Part shown: piece after piece, positions 61,095 through 64,000 of the stretch
Position numbering within the stretch: the stretch's first letter is position 1
How the letters are laid out: each line of letters starts with the position of its first letter
Assembly: GCF_964194155.1 (NCBI RefSeq)
Contig: NC_135887.1
Span: 11,718,001-11,782,000, forward strand
DNA from: Cetorhinus maximus
Taxonomy: Eukaryota
Length of the DNA stretch: 64,000 nucleotides
Reading direction: 5' to 3'
Made by a program: the position numbers and the translations under genes
Notes under the pieces: model-generated
Seen by the model: only the letters and a program-made list of their open reading frames with translations
Told to the model about the DNA's origin: nothing
Databases searched by the model: none

Positions 61095-61640
61095 GAACCA
61101 TAGAACCATAGAAAAGTTACGGCACAGAAAGAGGCCATTTAGCCCATCATGCCTGCGCTGGCCAAAATAGAGAAAAAAAAGAAACTAGCTGCTCATTTTA
61201 ATCTCACTTTCCAACGCCTGGTCTGTAGCCTCGCAGATGCAGATCCAGGTACCTTTTAAATGAGTTGAGTGTTTCAACCTCAACTACCAATTCAGGCAGT
61301 GAATTCCAGATCCCCACCACCTTCCAAGTGAAAAGGTTTTTTCTCATGTTCCCTCTAATCCTTCTACCAATCACCATAAATCTATGGCCCCCTAGTAATT
61401 GAACCCCCTCAGCTAGGGGAAACATGTCTTTCCTGTCTACCCTATCTAGGCCCCTTCTACTTTTGTCCACCTCAATTAGGTCACCCCTCAGCCTCCTCTG
61501 CTCTAAGGAAAACGACCCTAGCCTAACCAATCTTTCCTCACAGCTACAATGTTCAAGCTCTTGTAAATCTCCTCTGCATTCTCTCCAGAGCAATTATGTC
61601 CTCCCTGTAATGTGGTGACCAGAACTGAACACCAAATTCC
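61095..61640 (-). mobile_element. CR1 LINE 3' fragment
   Basis: FSLEQRRLRGDLIEV and VVGIWNSLP, with an (AGAACCAT)n terminus. Confidence 0.9.
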
Positions 61641-61829
61641 AGCTGTGGCCTAACCAGGCCAGAAATCCTGTTCACGGGCAATATCTTTGTTGGAGGTAGG
61701 TACATGTGTGAGGACACTAGAAGAGGACAGGATCAGATTGGCTATGATATTTCTGTGGCTGAATGGGCTCCACAACCAACTATCAAAGCTCACCCAGCAA
61801 CGATGCTCACTAGGGCCATATGCCAACCA

Positions 61830-62215
61830 TGGAAGAGATCTTTAAAGTTATAAAAGGCTTTATAGAGTGGATACAGAGAGAATGTTTCCTCTTGAAGAAC
61901 AGCATAAGTAGAGGTCACCAATATAAGATAGTCACCAAGAAATCCAATGGAGAATTCCTAAAAACACTTTTTACCCAGAAAGTGGTGAAAACGTAGAACT
62001 CACTGCCACAGGTAGTGGTTGAAGTGTATAATACAGATGCATTTAAGGAGAAACTAGACAAGCACATGAGGGAGAAGCGAATAAACACATGGTTACAATG
62101 ATACATTTAGACCAGAAAGGGTGGGAGGAGGCTCAAGTGGAGCATACACACCAGCATGAACTGGTTGGACCGAATGGCCTGCTTCTGTTTCCCTATCCTG
62201 TGGAATCCTATGTGA
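61830..62215 (+). mobile_element. CR1 LINE 3' fragment
   Basis: TTTTTACCCAGAAAGTGGTG...GGACCGAATGGCCTGCTTCTG terminus. Confidence 0.8.
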
Positions 62216-62639
62216 ACAATACCCTAGAAAGGAGTTACCATCTTTGGGAAAGAAAGGGAGAAAGAGAAAAGAGAAAATAAAATGCAGTATTTTCAAAAGA
62301 CTAAATCGAATTTTACAGCACAGAAATAGGCCAGTGGACTCGACAGGTCTTTGCTGGTGAACTGATACAGCTCTCATTACATACTATGTTAGAGTGGCCT
62401 ACTAGCATCTCATGAGCTGCATATGGCTCTTCTGTGGCTGGTGTGAGGCCCTATAACTATTTTGTTCAGCTGTCCTCTTCTGATGCCCCATCTTCATGTC
62501 AAAGATACTGAATAACATAAGATGTGATCAGCTAGAACAAAGCAGACAGCCTTCTTTCCACACTGACCTGGATAATCTACATATTTTTAATTTATTACAC
62601 TTTATTATAATATAATTGAAATTTATGTTCAGTTTGAAG

Positions 62640-64000
62640 GAGAGATGAGTGGGTCCAAGCCTAGTATTTTAAACTTAAATAAGGACAGTTATGAGGGCAT
62701 GAAAACAGAGGTAGCTAAAGAGAACTGACAAATGAGATTAAGGGATAGGTCAATAGAGATGCAATGGCAGACATTTAAAGGGATATTTCAGAATACACAG
62801 AATAGATACATTCCAATGAGAAAGAAAAATTCCAAGGGGAGGACCCACCATCCATGGTTACCTAAAAGAGTTAAAGACAGTATCAAACTTAAAGAAAAAG
62901 CATATAATTGCACACAGATGGGTTGCAGGTCATAAGATTGGACAGAATATAAAGAACAGCAAAGAATGGCAAAAAGATTAATAAGGAGGAAAAATTAGAG
63001 TACGAGAGAAAGCTAGCTAGTAATATAAAGATGGGCAGTAAGAGTTTCTATAGATATTAAAATAAGAACAGATTTAACAATGTGAGCGTTGGTCCTTTGG
63101 AAAGTGAGTCTGGGGAATTAATAATGGAAAGTAAAGAGGTGGCAGATGAATTGAATAGGTATTTTGCATCGGTCTTCACTATACAGGATACAAGTAACAT
63201 CCCAGAAATAGCTGTAACTCAGGAAATGGAAGGGAGGGAGGAACTCGAGAAAATTACAATCACCAGGGAAGTGGTACTTAGCAAACTGCTGGACATGCAG
63301 GCTGACAAATCCCCAGGCCCTGATGGACTTCATCCTAGGGTCTGAAAAGAAGTGGCTAGTGAAATAGTTGATGCATTGGTTTTAATTTTCCAAAATTCCT
63401 TTGATTCGGGGAAGGTTCCATTAGATTGGAAAATAGCAAATGTAACTCATTTATTCAAAAAGGGAGGGAAACAGAAAGCAAGAAACTACAGGCCAGTTAG
63501 CTTAACATCTGTCTTAGGGAAAATCTCAGAAGCTATTAAAGGCGCTTGGAAAAATTCAAGGTAATCAGGCAGAGTCAACATGGTTTTGTGAAAGGGAAAT
63601 TATGTTTAACCAATTTATTGGAGTTCTTTGAAGGAGTAACATGTGCCGTGAATAAAGGGGAACCGGTGGATGTACCATACTTAGAAGGCATTTGATAAGG
63701 TGCCACATCAAAGGTTATTGTGGAAAATAAAAGCTCGTGGTGTAGGGGGTAACATATTGGCATGGATAGAAGATTGGCTATCCAACAGGAAACAGAGAGT
63801 TGGCATAAATGGGTCTTTTTCTGGTTGGCAGGATGTGGCGAGTGGTGTGCCACAGAGATCAGTGCTGGAGCCTCAACTTTTTGCAATTTATATAAATGAC
63901 TTGGATGAAGGGACTGAATGTATGGTTGCTAAATTTGCTGATGACACAAAGATAGGTAGCAAAGTAAGTTGTGAAGAGGACATAAGGAGGCTACAAAGTG
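62640..64000 (+). mobile_element. CR1 LINE ORF2 (linker and RT), running off the window
   Basis: ADELNRYFASVFT, DKSPGPDGLHPRV, DWKIANVTHLFKKG and NYRPVSLTSV. Close to 48110-48670 in sequence. Confidence 0.93.

Overview
Vertebrate genomic DNA, most likely a cartilaginous fish judging from the repeat complement. The only host gene I can support is HNF1B (vHNF1) on the minus strand. Coding exon 1 is 9434-9783, exon 2 is 1453-1652, and the rest of the gene lies off the left edge. Its promoter (about 10030-10310) carries two octamers, a DR1, and CCAAT and FOX sites. The 5' leader holds a 3-codon upstream ORF in strong Kozak context. The gene start sits in a CpG-rich, nearly transposon-free block (about 5.4-16.4 kb). 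The remaining ~48 kb is upstream intergenic DNA filled with decayed CR1, L2, Zenon-like and Tx1-like LINEs, two tRNA-SINE types (one DeuSINE-like), a Gypsy internal region, Harbinger-type MITEs with a Myb/SANT-bearing relative, and Penelope-like elements. The strongest second-look observations are: (1) hammerhead-ribozyme folds in the Penelope terminal repeats, one split at its cleavage site by a MITE; (2) the HNF1B micro-uORF; (3) a SINE that appears to be built from both the 5' region and the 3' tail of a LINE present in the window. Family names are from motif recognition, not database searches, and repeat boundaries are approximate unless termini are quoted.
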